Source: an uncultured Chloroflexia bacterium (lineage in GTDB: Bacteria > Chloroflexota > Limnocylindria > Limnocylindrales > CSP1-4). Taken from it: DNA of 58,670 nt. The stretch lies in contig CAVVCZ010000012.1 in NCBI GenBank assembly GCA_963746845.1, forward strand, positions 1 to 58,670, in the 5' to 3' direction. Shown here one piece after another: positions 1 through 10,236 of the stretch (positions are counted from its first letter, which is position 1; every line of letters starts with the position of its first letter). The notes beneath the pieces are model-generated. The model was not told where the DNA came from, searched no databases, and saw only the letters and a program-made list of their open reading frames with translations. A program made the position numbers and the translations under genes.

Positions 1-1
1 C

Positions 2-625
2 ATCGAGTTCGAGGGCACGGACCTCCACTTCCCATGGACCCGCGGCTGGGACCTCCCGGTCTGGGTCGCCGGCTACGGTCCGATGGCCCTCGCGATGACC
101 GGACGCATCGCCGACGGCGTGATCCTCCAGCTGGCCGACCCCGACCTGATCGCCTGGTTCGTCGCCCAGGTCCGGGAGGCCGAGGCCGCCGCCGGCCGCC
201 CCGTCGGCTCGGTGCGTATCCAGGCGGCGGCGCCGGCCCACGTCGGCGACCTCGCCGACTGCCGGGAGCGGACCCGCTGGTTCCCGGCCCTCGTGAGCAA
301 CCACGTCGTCGACCTCGTGAACAGGTACCCGCGCGACCAGCTGCCCGAGGCCCTGACCGGCTACATCCACGACCGCGAGGGCTACGACTATCTCCACCAC
401 GCGGAGGTCGGGTCGTCGAATGCCGGGTTCGTCGGCGACGAGGTGACGGACCGGTTCTGCGTGCTCGGCACGATCGACGATCACATCGCCAAGCTGGGAC
501 GGCTCGCCGCGAGTGGGGTCGACCAGTTCAACATCTACCTGATGAACGGAGACGAGGAGGGCGTCCTCGAGGCGTACGGGCAGGAGATCATCCCGGCGAT
601 CCGGACCGCGACCGGAGCCGCCTAG
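2..625 (+). CDS. LLM-class (luciferase-like) oxidoreductase, probably F420/flavin-dependent; 5' end lies outside the window
   Basis: The frame is open from base 2 (IEFEGTDLHFPW...LPVWVAGYGPMALAMTGRIADGVILQ...DRFCVLGTIDDHIAKL...GVDQFNIYLM), a typical LLM C-terminal half. A dihydropyrimidinase lies nearby. Confidence 0.85.
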   Translation: MEFEGTDLHFPWTRGWDLPVWVAGYGPMALAMTGRIADGVILQLADPDLIAWFVAQVREAEAAAGRPVGSVRIQAAAPAHVGDLADCRERTRWFPALVSNHVVDLVNRYPRDQLPEALTGYIHDREGYDYLHHAEVGSSNAGFVGDEVTDRFCVLGTIDDHIAKLGRLAASGVDQFNIYLMNGDEEGVLEAYGQEIIPAIRTATGAA

Positions 626-633
626 GCACCGCG

Positions 634-1467
634 ATGGCCATCCGCCGGTCGGCCCTGACCGCCGCGGCCGCACTGGTCGCAGCCGCGATCGGGGCGTGCG
701 CCGCGACGCCGTCGCCTCCCCGGTCCGGCAACGTCTCCCCGGCACGGTCGATCGAGGAGCCGTCGCTCACCCCGCCCCCCGGCGGGCCGAGCGCGCCAGC
801 GTCGTCCGACACGGTCCCGGTCGCGAGCGTCGACGCACCGGCCCTGGCGGGCCCGGATCTGTCCTGTGGCGATCCGGGGAGCGCATTCCCCGCCGCGATC
901 CTCGGCCGGCCGCCCAACGCCGAGCTGGGCGCTGGGCCTGCCGCCGACGCGTTGCGCCGCTACGTCCGCGAGCCCGACGTCGTCGAACAGGGCTGGCCGA
1001 ACCAGGGCTGGCGTGTCGTCGAGAGCTCGCCGACACGCGTCACGTACCTCGCCAACGGCGGCCCGTCCTCGTCCTGGTGGATCGCGACCTTCGAGCCACA
1101 GGATCAGCAGTGGCTGTTCTGGGAGGGCGGCGCGTGCCATCTCCAGATCGACCTGCCGGATGGCGTGAGCTTCGCGAGCTGGCGGATCGACCCCGCGAAC
1201 CCGCCGACGCCGGATGCCACGACGATCCACGTCCTGGGCACCGAGCAGGCCTGCGCGAACGGCGACCCGCCGATCGGCCGCGTCCTCGCCCCGATCGTCC
1301 TGCCGACCGACAAGGCGGTCACGATCGCACTCGTCGTCAAGCATGTCCCCGGCGGTGCCGACTGCCCCGGCAACCCCGAATTTCGCCAGGAGGTGTCGCT
1401 GCCGACACCCCTGGGTACCCGTCAGCTCTTCGACGGCGGCACGGTCCCGCCGGCGCCACGCACCTGA
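634..1467 (+). CDS. Putative lipoprotein
   Basis: ATG at 634. Signal peptide MAIRRSALTAAAALVAAAIGAC ends in a lipobox-like IGA-C, followed by a Pro/Ser linker and a domain with four further Cys. Confidence 0.75.
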   Translation: MAIRRSALTAAAALVAAAIGACAATPSPPRSGNVSPARSIEEPSLTPPPGGPSAPASSDTVPVASVDAPALAGPDLSCGDPGSAFPAAILGRPPNAELGAGPAADALRRYVREPDVVEQGWPNQGWRVVESSPTRVTYLANGGPSSSWWIATFEPQDQQWLFWEGGACHLQIDLPDGVSFASWRIDPANPPTPDATTIHVLGTEQACANGDPPIGRVLAPIVLPTDKAVTIALVVKHVPGGADCPGNPEFRQEVSLPTPLGTRQLFDGGTVPPAPRT

Positions 1468-1734
1468 TCCGGTTCGACAGACGGCGCCACCTCACGACCC
1501 CGCTCCGGCGGTGACAGCAGGCACCACGGGCTTCGGGAACTGGTGCGGTCCGGAGCGGTTCGGGATGGTCCCTGGCCGGAACGGGTGACTGGCGCTCGGA
1601 CCCTCACCCGACGACGATCCGGGGGATCGGCCGTCCGCGACGCGCACCGTCCCGCGCCCCGACGGATCGCCGACCCGACCTCGCGCCGCGCCAACGTCCA
1701 CCCCGTTGGCACCCATCCCCCGGGAGGACCGACC

Positions 1735-2016
1735 GTGTCCCTGCCATCCCATTCCGTGCCGCGCCACGATCCGTTCTGGGACCTCGACGGCAAGGGCGCC
1801 CGGCGCCTGCGTCTCCGCCGCCGATTCGTCCGTGGCGTCATGGCGATCCTCGCCCTGCTCGCCATCGCGGTCATCGTGTCGCATGCCCCGACGGTGGACC
1901 CGGAGTTCCTCGTCTCCGGTGGCGGCCGGCCGATCCTGGCCGGGATGCTGCTCGCCCTCCTGGGCACGACCATCCTCGTGGCTCTGTCGCGGATGCGGCA
2001 CACGCCGAACGGCTGA
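1735..2016 (+). CDS. Small two-TM membrane protein
   Basis: SD GGGAGG precedes GTG 1735. An Arg-rich stretch is followed by two hydrophobic helices. Confidence 0.6.
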   Translation: MSLPSHSVPRHDPFWDLDGKGARRLRLRRRFVRGVMAILALLAIAVIVSHAPTVDPEFLVSGGGRPILAGMLLALLGTTILVALSRMRHTPNG

Positions 2017-2093
2017 GGCGCGCGCCCGGAGCGTGAGCCGGGCATCGGGAGCAGTCGCTATCCTCGACGGGTCACCCGCGAGGAGGAGGCCCG

Positions 2094-3488
2094 ATGCGCA
2101 CGCTCATCACGAACGGCACGATCGTCACCGCTGAGGGGTCGACGGCGGCCGACGTCCTGATCGACGGCGAGACGATCGCCCAGATCGGCACGGGCCTCGC
2201 GGGGAGCGTGACCGCTGACGAGACGATCGACGCGGGCGGGCGTTGGCTGATCCCCGGCGCGATCGACGTGCACACGCACATGGAGCTGCCGTTCGGCGGC
2301 ACCTTCGCCAAGGACACGTTCGAGTCGGGCACGAGGGCCGCCGCGTTCGGCGGGACCACGACGGTCGTCGACTTCGCCGTCCAGTCCCGCGGCAAGTCGC
2401 TTCGCGACGGCCTCGACGCCTGGCACGCGAAGGCCGAGGGCAATGCGGTTGCCGACTACGGCTTCCACATGATCATGAGCGACGTCAACGACGACACCCT
2501 CGCCGAGATGGACGGGCTGGTCGCCGAAGGCGTGCCGGACTTCAAGCTCTTCACCGCGTATCCGGGCGTCTTCTACAGCGACGACGGGGCGATCTTCCGG
2601 GCGATGCAGCAGACCGCGAAGAACGGCGGGCTGATCATGATGCACGCCGAGAACGGGATGGCGATCGACGTGGTCGCCGCCGACGAGGTCGCGGCGGGCC
2701 ATACCGATCCCTACTACCACGGCGTGGCGCGATACCCGATCTTCGAGGGCGAGGCGACGAACCGGGTCATCCGGCTCGCGGAGGCCGCCGGCGTCCCGGT
2801 CTACATCGTCCACCTGTCGGCCCGCGATGCGCTCAATGCCGTCCGCGAGGCGCGCGACCGCGGCTCGATGGCGTTTGCCGAGACGTGCCCCCAGTACCTG
2901 TTCCTGTCGCTCGAGGACATGAAGGGCGGGTTCAACGGGGCGAAGTTCGTGTGCTCGCCGCCGCTCCGGCCGGCGGATCATCAGGAGGAGCTCTGGCACG
3001 GCCTCGTGAAGGACGACCTCCAGCTCGTCTCGACCGACCATTGCCCGTTCGACTTCGAAGGCCAGAAGGAGCTCGGCCGCGGCGACTTCCGGAAGATCCC
3101 GAACGGCCTGCCCGGGATCGAGGACCGCGTCGACCTGCTCCACGACGGGGGCGTCGTCGGTGGTCGGATCACGAAGGAGCGCTGGGTCGAGATCATCTCG
3201 ACGGCCCCGGCGAAGCTCTTCGGGATGTACCCGCGGAAGGGTGCGGTCGTGGTCGGCTCGGACGCCGACCTGGTCGTCTACGACCCGGGGGCCGAGCGGA
3301 CGATCAGTGCCACGACTCATCACATGGACGTCGACTACTCGTGCTACGAGGGCCGGGCGGTCACGGGTCGATCCGACATCGTCCTGTCGCGCGGGTCGGT
3401 GATCGTCCGCGACGGCCAGTTCACGGGTCGGAAGGGTGCCGGCCGCTTCGTGAAGCGCGCGGCCGCCGACTACGCCCGGATCAACTGA
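2094..3488 (+). CDS. hydA: Dihydropyrimidinase / D-hydantoinase
   Basis: PGAIDVHTH, GGTTT, FKLF (carbamylated Lys), MHAENG, VHLS, ETCPQYL, STDHCPF, KIPNGLPG; strong SD GAGGAGG. Confidence 0.95.
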   Translation: MRTLITNGTIVTAEGSTAADVLIDGETIAQIGTGLAGSVTADETIDAGGRWLIPGAIDVHTHMELPFGGTFAKDTFESGTRAAAFGGTTTVVDFAVQSRGKSLRDGLDAWHAKAEGNAVADYGFHMIMSDVNDDTLAEMDGLVAEGVPDFKLFTAYPGVFYSDDGAIFRAMQQTAKNGGLIMMHAENGMAIDVVAADEVAAGHTDPYYHGVARYPIFEGEATNRVIRLAEAAGVPVYIVHLSARDALNAVREARDRGSMAFAETCPQYLFLSLEDMKGGFNGAKFVCSPPLRPADHQEELWHGLVKDDLQLVSTDHCPFDFEGQKELGRGDFRKIPNGLPGIEDRVDLLHDGGVVGGRITKERWVEIISTAPAKLFGMYPRKGAVVVGSDADLVVYDPGAERTISATTHHMDVDYSCYEGRAVTGRSDIVLSRGSVIVRDGQFTGRKGAGRFVKRAAADYARIN

Positions 3489-3516
3489 CGGCGGATCGGA
3501 GTCGCCAGCGGACGCC

Positions 3517-3993
3517 ATGCCGATGCTCCCCACGGCCACGATCAGCGTCGACGCCGCCGAAGGGCGGCTCGCCGAGGTGCGGACGTTCGTCCGGAAGGTC
3601 GCGGCCGAGGCGGGAGCGGACGAGGAGACGACCGCCGACCTGGTCCAGGCGGTCGACGAGCTCGCCTGCAACGTGATCACCCACGGATACCGGCACGCGG
3701 CGGGGTCGATCGAGGTCTCCGCGGTGCTCGATGACGGCGCGATCCGCATCCGGCTGCGCGACACGGCGCCGCCGTTCGATCCCCGGACCGTGCCGGAACC
3801 GCGGCTGGACCTGCCGCTCGCGCAGCGGCCGCTCGGCGGGATGGGGATCCATCTCGCCCGGACGCTGACGGACGGGATCGACCACCGTATCCTGCCGGGT
3901 GGTGGCAACGAGGTGACCGTGACGAAGCGGGTCCGGCCGAGCGGGGCCCAGGAGGGCGACGATGGACATCACGACCGAGCGACCCAGCCCTGA
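3517..3993 (+). CDS. Anti-sigma-factor-type Ser/Thr kinase (RsbW-like HATPase_c)
   Basis: AVDELACNVITHGY (N box), RDTAPPFDP, GGMGIHL (G2 box), GGNEVT. Confidence 0.9.
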   Translation: MPMLPTATISVDAAEGRLAEVRTFVRKVAAEAGADEETTADLVQAVDELACNVITHGYRHAAGSIEVSAVLDDGAIRIRLRDTAPPFDPRTVPEPRLDLPLAQRPLGGMGIHLARTLTDGIDHRILPGGGNEVTVTKRVRPSGAQEGDDGHHDRATQP

Positions 3994-4372
3994 CGTCGCG
4001 GTCATCGTCCTGGCCGGCGAGCTGGACGGCTCGAACTTCGAGCAGGTGATCGAGGCCGGCCGGATCGCGCTCGCGGCCGGGGCGACCCGCGTGGTCATCG
4101 ATCTCGGCGAGCTCACCTACATGGGCAGCTCGGGGCTCGTGGCGATCCACTCGATCGCCCTGCTCACGCGTGGTCAGGAGCCGATCTCCCCGGAGAACGG
4201 CTGGCAGGCGATCCACGACATCGGCAGCGAGGCGGACGACGGGGGCGCGGCCACCCTCCATCTCGCCGCGCCCGGGCCGGCGGTCAGCCGGGTCCTCGAC
4301 CGGAGCGGGATGGCGACCCTGTTCCCGGTCCATCCCGATCGCGACACGGCGATCGCGGCCGCGTCGGCCTGA
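3962..4372 (+). CDS. STAS-domain anti-sigma antagonist (RsbV-like)
   Basis: LAGELDG...VVIDLGELTYMGSSGLVAI with the phosphorylatable Ser; SD GGAGG. Confidence 0.9.
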   Translation: MDITTERPSPDVAVIVLAGELDGSNFEQVIEAGRIALAAGATRVVIDLGELTYMGSSGLVAIHSIALLTRGQEPISPENGWQAIHDIGSEADDGGAATLHLAAPGPAVSRVLDRSGMATLFPVHPDRDTAIAAASA

Positions 4373-4393
4373 GTCGGCGACTCCCGCACGCCC

Positions 4394-5950
4394 GTGACGG
4401 CCGCGGCGCTCGAGCGGCTGCTCGACGCTGGCGCGCTCGAACCGCTCCTGGCGGCGGCTGCGACGCTCACGTCCGGACTGGCGGTGGAGGTCCGCGACGC
4501 GTTCGGTGCGGCGTTGATCGCGCGGGGCACGGTCGGATCCGGGGCGTCCCGGGCCCAGGCCCGGATCGAGGTCGACGATGAGCCGCTCGGGATCGTCGAG
4601 GTGTCCGGCGACGGATCGCCCGCGTCACTCGAGGCGATCGCCTCGACCCTCGCCGCCGCCCTGTCCCTGGCCGCGGGCGAGGCGGCGAGCCGGCGGGCGG
4701 TGACAGCGGCGGCGCTCGACGACCTGCGGGAGCTGTCGCTGCTCTCGCGTCTGGCCGAGACCGTCGGGACGGCCGTCGACCCGGAGCAGATCGCCGGGTG
4801 CGTGCTGGACACGATCGCCCGGCCGCTCCATGCCGACGTCGGGCTCGTGCTGCCCGCGGACCCCGTCGCCGGGGACGCGGCCGCCGCACCGGTCGCCGCG
4901 CTCGGTGAGGCGGTCGATGTCGCCCGCCTTGCACTCGATGCCGCGTCGCTGGTCGAGCGGCTCCGGGCCGAGGACCCCGTCCAGGGCACCTGCGCCGACC
5001 TCGGCCACCCCGCCGAATCGGATGCCTTCGGCTCGATCCTCGCCGCGGTCGTCCGGACCACGCGGGGCACCCAGGGCGCACTCGTCCTGGGGCGTCGTCC
5101 GGCGTCGCGCCCGTTCGATCCGACGGACCGCCGGCTCCTGGCCGCCGTCGCGAGCCAGACGGCCATCGCCCTCGAGCGCGCGTCGCTCCAGCGCGAGATC
5201 CTCGCGCGGCGCCGGATGGATGACGAGCTCGCGATCGGGCGCCGGATCCAGCGCTCGCTGATGCCGCGCCGCTTCCCGTCGCTGCCAGGCTGGGGGATCG
5301 GGGCCGCGTACGAGTCGGCGCGCGAGATCGGGGGCGACTTCTACGACGCATTCTTCCTCCGGGACCAGCCGGGCGGGCTGGCGTTCGCCGTCGCCGACGT
5401 GACGGGCAAGGGCATCCCGGCGGCCATCCTCATGGCCGACGCCCGCGCGCTGATCCACGCCGCGGCGGACCACGGGACGGACCCGGCGGAGAGCCTGGCA
5501 CGGGTCAACCACATCCTGGTCGAGGAGCGGGCGACGTCGCTGTTCGTCACCGTGGTCCATGGGGTCGTGGACGGACCGACCGGCCAGCTGGTCATCGCGA
5601 GCGCCGGCCACGACCCGGTCCACATCCTCCGCCGCGACGGGTCGCTCACGATCATCGAGCCGACCGGCCGCCTGATCGGCGCCGCGCCGGACATCGCGGC
5701 GCATGCGCTCCGGTTCGTCGTCGAGCCCGGCGACGCAATCGTCGCCCACACCGACGGCGTGACCGACGCGCGCTCGCCGGACGGTGGGTTCTACGGCGAG
5801 GATCGGTATCGGGCGGTGCTCTCGAGCCTCGCCGGCCGCTCGGCCGACGACATCGTCGAGGGCGTCATGACCGATGTCACGGCATTCCGTGCCGGCGCGG
5901 AGGCCTTCGACGACCTGACCCTCCTCGTGGTGCAGCGGCGTCCGGTCTGA
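4394..5950 (+). CDS. GAF + SpoIIE/PP2C phosphatase (RsbU-like)
   Basis: IQRSLMP, GGDFYD, VADVTGKG, SAGH, HTDGVTD, DDLTLLVV. The GAF ends PFDPTDRRLLAAVASQTAIALER. Confidence 0.92.
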   Translation: MTAAALERLLDAGALEPLLAAAATLTSGLAVEVRDAFGAALIARGTVGSGASRAQARIEVDDEPLGIVEVSGDGSPASLEAIASTLAAALSLAAGEAASRRAVTAAALDDLRELSLLSRLAETVGTAVDPEQIAGCVLDTIARPLHADVGLVLPADPVAGDAAAAPVAALGEAVDVARLALDAASLVERLRAEDPVQGTCADLGHPAESDAFGSILAAVVRTTRGTQGALVLGRRPASRPFDPTDRRLLAAVASQTAIALERASLQREILARRRMDDELAIGRRIQRSLMPRRFPSLPGWGIGAAYESAREIGGDFYDAFFLRDQPGGLAFAVADVTGKGIPAAILMADARALIHAAADHGTDPAESLARVNHILVEERATSLFVTVVHGVVDGPTGQLVIASAGHDPVHILRRDGSLTIIEPTGRLIGAAPDIAAHALRFVVEPGDAIVAHTDGVTDARSPDGGFYGEDRYRAVLSSLAGRSADDIVEGVMTDVTAFRAGAEAFDDLTLLVVQRRPV

Positions 5951-6039
5951 GGCCGTCGCGCCCAGCGGGCCCGACCGATCGCCGGGGCAACGCACGCTAG
6001 ACTTCGAGTCGATCCCCGGAGCCGGTGTCCAGAGGTGCC

Positions 6040-7044
6040 ATGCCGCCCGATCTGCTCATGCCCGCCTTCGTCGTGACGCTCGTCGCGAACGGGATCCTCG
6101 TCATCGTGGCGATGCGGGCCCTGCTCCACGGTCGGGATCCGGACAACCGCCCGCCGACGCCGGGTCCGCCCGGCGGTGGGTCACGCCCGGCGCCGGTGAC
6201 TCCACCTCCGCCGGCGGGCCCGCCCACGCCGCCGCGCCCGACGCCGGTCCCCGACCCGGCACCCGAACCCCGGACCGACGATGCCGTCGTGGCGGACACG
6301 CCGCCGGAGCCCGACCCGAGCCCGAGATCGACACCGGATCACGCCCCGGCCGCCGCCCAGGCCCCATCCCCGTCCCCGTCCCCGTCCCCGTCCCCGTCCC
6401 CGGCGAAGAGCGAACCGAAGACGCCGACGCGCGTGAAGACGTCGTCCGGGTCGTCGGCGAAGCCGAAGCCCGGTACGGGTCCATCCACCGAGGGTCAATC
6501 GGGCGCGGTTCCTCCCGCGGCGGGACGGAGGCGCAAGTTCTCGCTGCCGCCGCTCGACGACGACCACGAGAAGGTCAACCGATCGATCGAGACCTTTCTG
6601 TCGAGCGGAGAAGGCGCTGCCGAAGCCGCCGCCGAGCCGACCACGATCGCGCTGGTGGCGCTCGCCGCCGCCCCCGGTGCGCGGCCGACGAGCCGGCCGG
6701 GCATCAGCGCAGCCGTCGAGCGGGAGCTGCGTGCCGCTGCCCGGGGCACGGACCGCGTCCAGTCGATCGGGACCGATCGGTGGCGCGTCGTCCTGAGCGC
6801 GACGGGCGAGCTCGCGGCGCGGGCCTACCTCCGCGGGGTCCGCGCGGCGATCGAGCCGCGCCTCGCGGATCTCGAACCACCGACGCGGCTGGTCGCGGTC
6901 ACCGCAACGGCGCTGGGCGAGCCGATCGACGACGCGGCGGCGACAGCCGAGCGACGCCTGGCGGGCCTCCTCGGGGCCGAGGCGACGCCCGGCCGGGGCG
7001 CGACCGAGGAGGACGGCGAGGAGCCGCTCGTCTCGGGCGACTGA
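6040..7044 (+). CDS. Membrane-anchored Pro-rich protein with a degenerate GGDEF-like C-terminal domain
   Basis: N-terminal TM and Pro/Ser linker. The C-terminal AVERELRAAARGTDRVQSIGTDRWRVVL...AARAYLRGVR mirrors the GGDEF pattern R-x-x-D-x3-R-x-GGDEF-x-V-L. Confidence 0.6.
   Translation: MPPDLLMPAFVVTLVANGILVIVAMRALLHGRDPDNRPPTPGPPGGGSRPAPVTPPPPAGPPTPPRPTPVPDPAPEPRTDDAVVADTPPEPDPSPRSTPDHAPAAAQAPSPSPSPSPSPSPAKSEPKTPTRVKTSSGSSAKPKPGTGPSTEGQSGAVPPAAGRRRKFSLPPLDDDHEKVNRSIETFLSSGEGAAEAAAEPTTIALVALAAAPGARPTSRPGISAAVERELRAAARGTDRVQSIGTDRWRVVLSATGELAARAYLRGVRAAIEPRLADLEPPTRLVAVTATALGEPIDDAAATAERRLAGLLGAEATPGRGATEEDGEEPLVSGD
6367..6402 (+). repeat. (TCCCCG)x6 in-frame tandem repeat encoding (Ser-Pro)6
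   Basis: Read directly from the sequence. Confidence 0.9.
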
Positions 7045-7899
7045 TCAGACGGCCGGGCGGCCCGTGCCGGGCGGGCTCGCGACGACCGGCTCGTCACCCA
7101 TCGCCCCGCCGCCCTGACGCGCCACGAGCACGGCGAGCAGGACGACCGAGCCGATCAGCACGGCGAGGGCGATCAGCTGGGCGGCCCGGAAGGGCCCCAG
7201 GACGACCGGGTCACGCCACGTCGTGGCGATGATCAGGCGGACGCCCGCCCAGGCCGCCAGGGCGATCAGGAACGCCCGGCCGTCGGGGCGGCGGGCGGCC
7301 GGCCAGCGCATCACGGCGATGAACACCGCGGCGACGGCGAGGGTCGCGAACCCCTCGAGCAGCTGGGACGGGATCGACGGCAGCGCCGGACCGAGCGAGC
7401 CCCACGGGCCCGGTCCAAGGTACGCGGTGGCGGGCTCGCCGCTCGTCGGCTGGCCCTGCCCGGTCCCGCCCAGCACCATGGCCAGCTTCCCGACGGCGAC
7501 GACGACCAGCATCGGCAGCGCCGAGATGTGGAGCCACCGGCCGGGCCGGCCGTCCAGGAGCGCTCCGACCAGCGCGCCGGTGATTGCCCCGCCAACGACA
7601 GCGAGGGCGAGCTCCAGGCTCCCGACGCTCGGGTCGATGATCCGGCCGGGGTCGGCCTGGAAGAAGGCCGGGTGGACGAGGACATATCCCAGACGGCCGC
7701 CGATCACCGCACCCGGCACGACGCCGAGGACGACGAACAGGAGGTCGTCCTCGCGCAGGTGCAACCGCCGAACGATCGATCCGGCGATCACGAGCGCCAC
7801 GAAGATCCCCCCCGCAACGCCGATCGTCTCCCACCGGACGACGCCGTCGCCGATCCGGAGCAGCGGGTCGAAGTCGAACGCGATGACGGCATCCGGCAC
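7045..7899 (-). CDS. Lgt-family (prolipoprotein diacylglyceryl transferase-like) protein, divergent
   Basis: IAFDFDP...VRWETIG, GAVIGGRLGYV, PSQLLEG, RLII..WRD. GTG 7899 is inferred as the start from an upstream TACACT. Confidence 0.75.
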   Translation of the reverse strand: MPDAVIAFDFDPLLRIGDGVVRWETIGVAGGIFVALVIAGSIVRRLHLREDDLLFVVLGVVPGAVIGGRLGYVLVHPAFFQADPGRIIDPSVGSLELALAVVGGAITGALVGALLDGRPGRWLHISALPMLVVVAVGKLAMVLGGTGQGQPTSGEPATAYLGPGPWGSLGPALPSIPSQLLEGFATLAVAAVFIAVMRWPAARRPDGRAFLIALAAWAGVRLIIATTWRDPVVLGPFRAAQLIALAVLIGSVVLLAVLVARQGGGAMGDEPVVASPPGTGRPAV

Positions 7900-8173
7900 G
7901 ATGCGGGCCAGTGTACGGCGGCGGACCTGTCGGCTGGCCGACATCCGTGCTGTCGGTGGCGCGCTCACCCGATGGTCGGGAGCGCGACGACGATCCCCAG
8001 CATCGGCGGAGTCTCCCTCCCCGGAGGCCCGGTCGATGGACGGACGTGGGGTTGCCCGTCCTGGGGGTGAAGGTCGCCCGCTCCAGGGGGGACAGGCGAC
8101 CAGATGGCGGCAGCGCCCGGCCCCTGGGGGAAACGCGGGTCGGGCGCTGATCGCCGTCAGGGAGGCACTAGCG

Positions 8174-8989
8174 ATGCATCCGACCAGCACGCTGACGATC
8201 CGCCTCCTGGGCCGACTGGAGGTCCGGGCGGGGTCGACGCCGATCCGCGTCGGCGGCCGGCATGCGCAGGCGCTGATCGGGCTGCTGGCCATGCGGCCGC
8301 GCCTCCGCCTCCGCGACACGATCGCCGCCGAGCTGTGGCCGGACGCCGACGGCCCGTCGGCTGCGTCGCTGCGCCAGGCGCTCTGGCTGATCCGGTCGGC
8401 CTTCACGACGGCCGGCCTCGTCGCCGACGACTGGATCGAGGCGGACCAGGACAGTCTCGGGATCCGCCGGGACGTGCACCTGGACCTCGACATCGACCTG
8501 TTCGACCGGCTGGCGACCGGCACGTCCACCGAAGACGCTGCGAACGCGATCGCGCTCTATTCGGGCGACCTCGTCGAAGGTCTCGGTCACGAATGCTTCG
8601 CCGCCGAGCGCGAGCGCCTGAGCGATGTGTACGAGGACCTGCTCGCGGTCGTCGCCGAGGGGCGGCTGGACGACGGCGATCTCACCGGCGCCCGGTGGGC
8701 CGCGTCGGAGCTGCTGGCACGCGATCCCCTGCGCGAGGAGGCCCACGCGGTCCTGATCGCGCTCTACGGCCGGTCCGGCAGCCGCTCGCAGATCGTCCGT
8801 CAGTACCGCCGGCTCTGCCAGATCCTCCGCTCGGAGCTGTCGGTGGCGCCTCTGCCGGAGACCGAGGCGATCTACCAGGCCGCGCTGAGCCGCGTGACCA
8901 GTCGCTCCCACGAGCGTGTCGCCGCGCTCGGCTACGATCGACGGTCGGAGCGTCGGCCGTTCACCCAGGTCCTCGTCTCGAGCGCCTAG
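8174..8989 (+). CDS. SARP/AfsR-like transcriptional regulator (winged HTH + BTAD)
   Basis: IRLLGRLEV, ELWPD...ASLRQALWLIR, AIALYSGDL, DPLREEAH, QYRR...ELSVAPLPET; SD GGGAGG. Confidence 0.9.
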   Translation: MHPTSTLTIRLLGRLEVRAGSTPIRVGGRHAQALIGLLAMRPRLRLRDTIAAELWPDADGPSAASLRQALWLIRSAFTTAGLVADDWIEADQDSLGIRRDVHLDLDIDLFDRLATGTSTEDAANAIALYSGDLVEGLGHECFAAERERLSDVYEDLLAVVAEGRLDDGDLTGARWAASELLARDPLREEAHAVLIALYGRSGSRSQIVRQYRRLCQILRSELSVAPLPETEAIYQAALSRVTSRSHERVAALGYDRRSERRPFTQVLVSSA

Positions 8990-9068
8990 CAGACACGGCG
9001 CGGCGTCCCTACCCGCCGCGCTCACCCTCGGCCGTCCGGCATCCTCCTCCCGCCGGACGAACCGGAAT

Positions 9069-9099
9069 CGAACGGCCCCGGCAGCGCCGGGGCCGTTCG
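9069..9099. terminator. Hairpin terminator between convergent BTAD gene and mdh
   Basis: CGAACGGCCCCGGC-AGC-GCCGGGGCCGTTCG, a perfect 14-bp stem. Confidence 0.75.
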
Positions 9100-9118
9100 T
9101 CGTGTGGTCACCGCTCGC

Positions 9119-10099
<981 letters not shown>

Positions 10100-10236
10100 C
10101 TACGGAGCGGCAGCTGATCGCCCGGCGGCCGACCTGCGACATCCGACCATGGCCGACGTGGTCGTGCGGCGATGGTGGCGGCCGCGCTCCCGGTCGAGGA
10201 TCGAGCGGTCACGAACCCGCCAAGGAACCCGTCCGG

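Noticed and set aside
7223-8173. 588-aa N-terminally extended BTAD protein
   Set aside because: The extension is the antisense shadow of the Lgt-like gene; the SD and domain boundary support ATG 8174.
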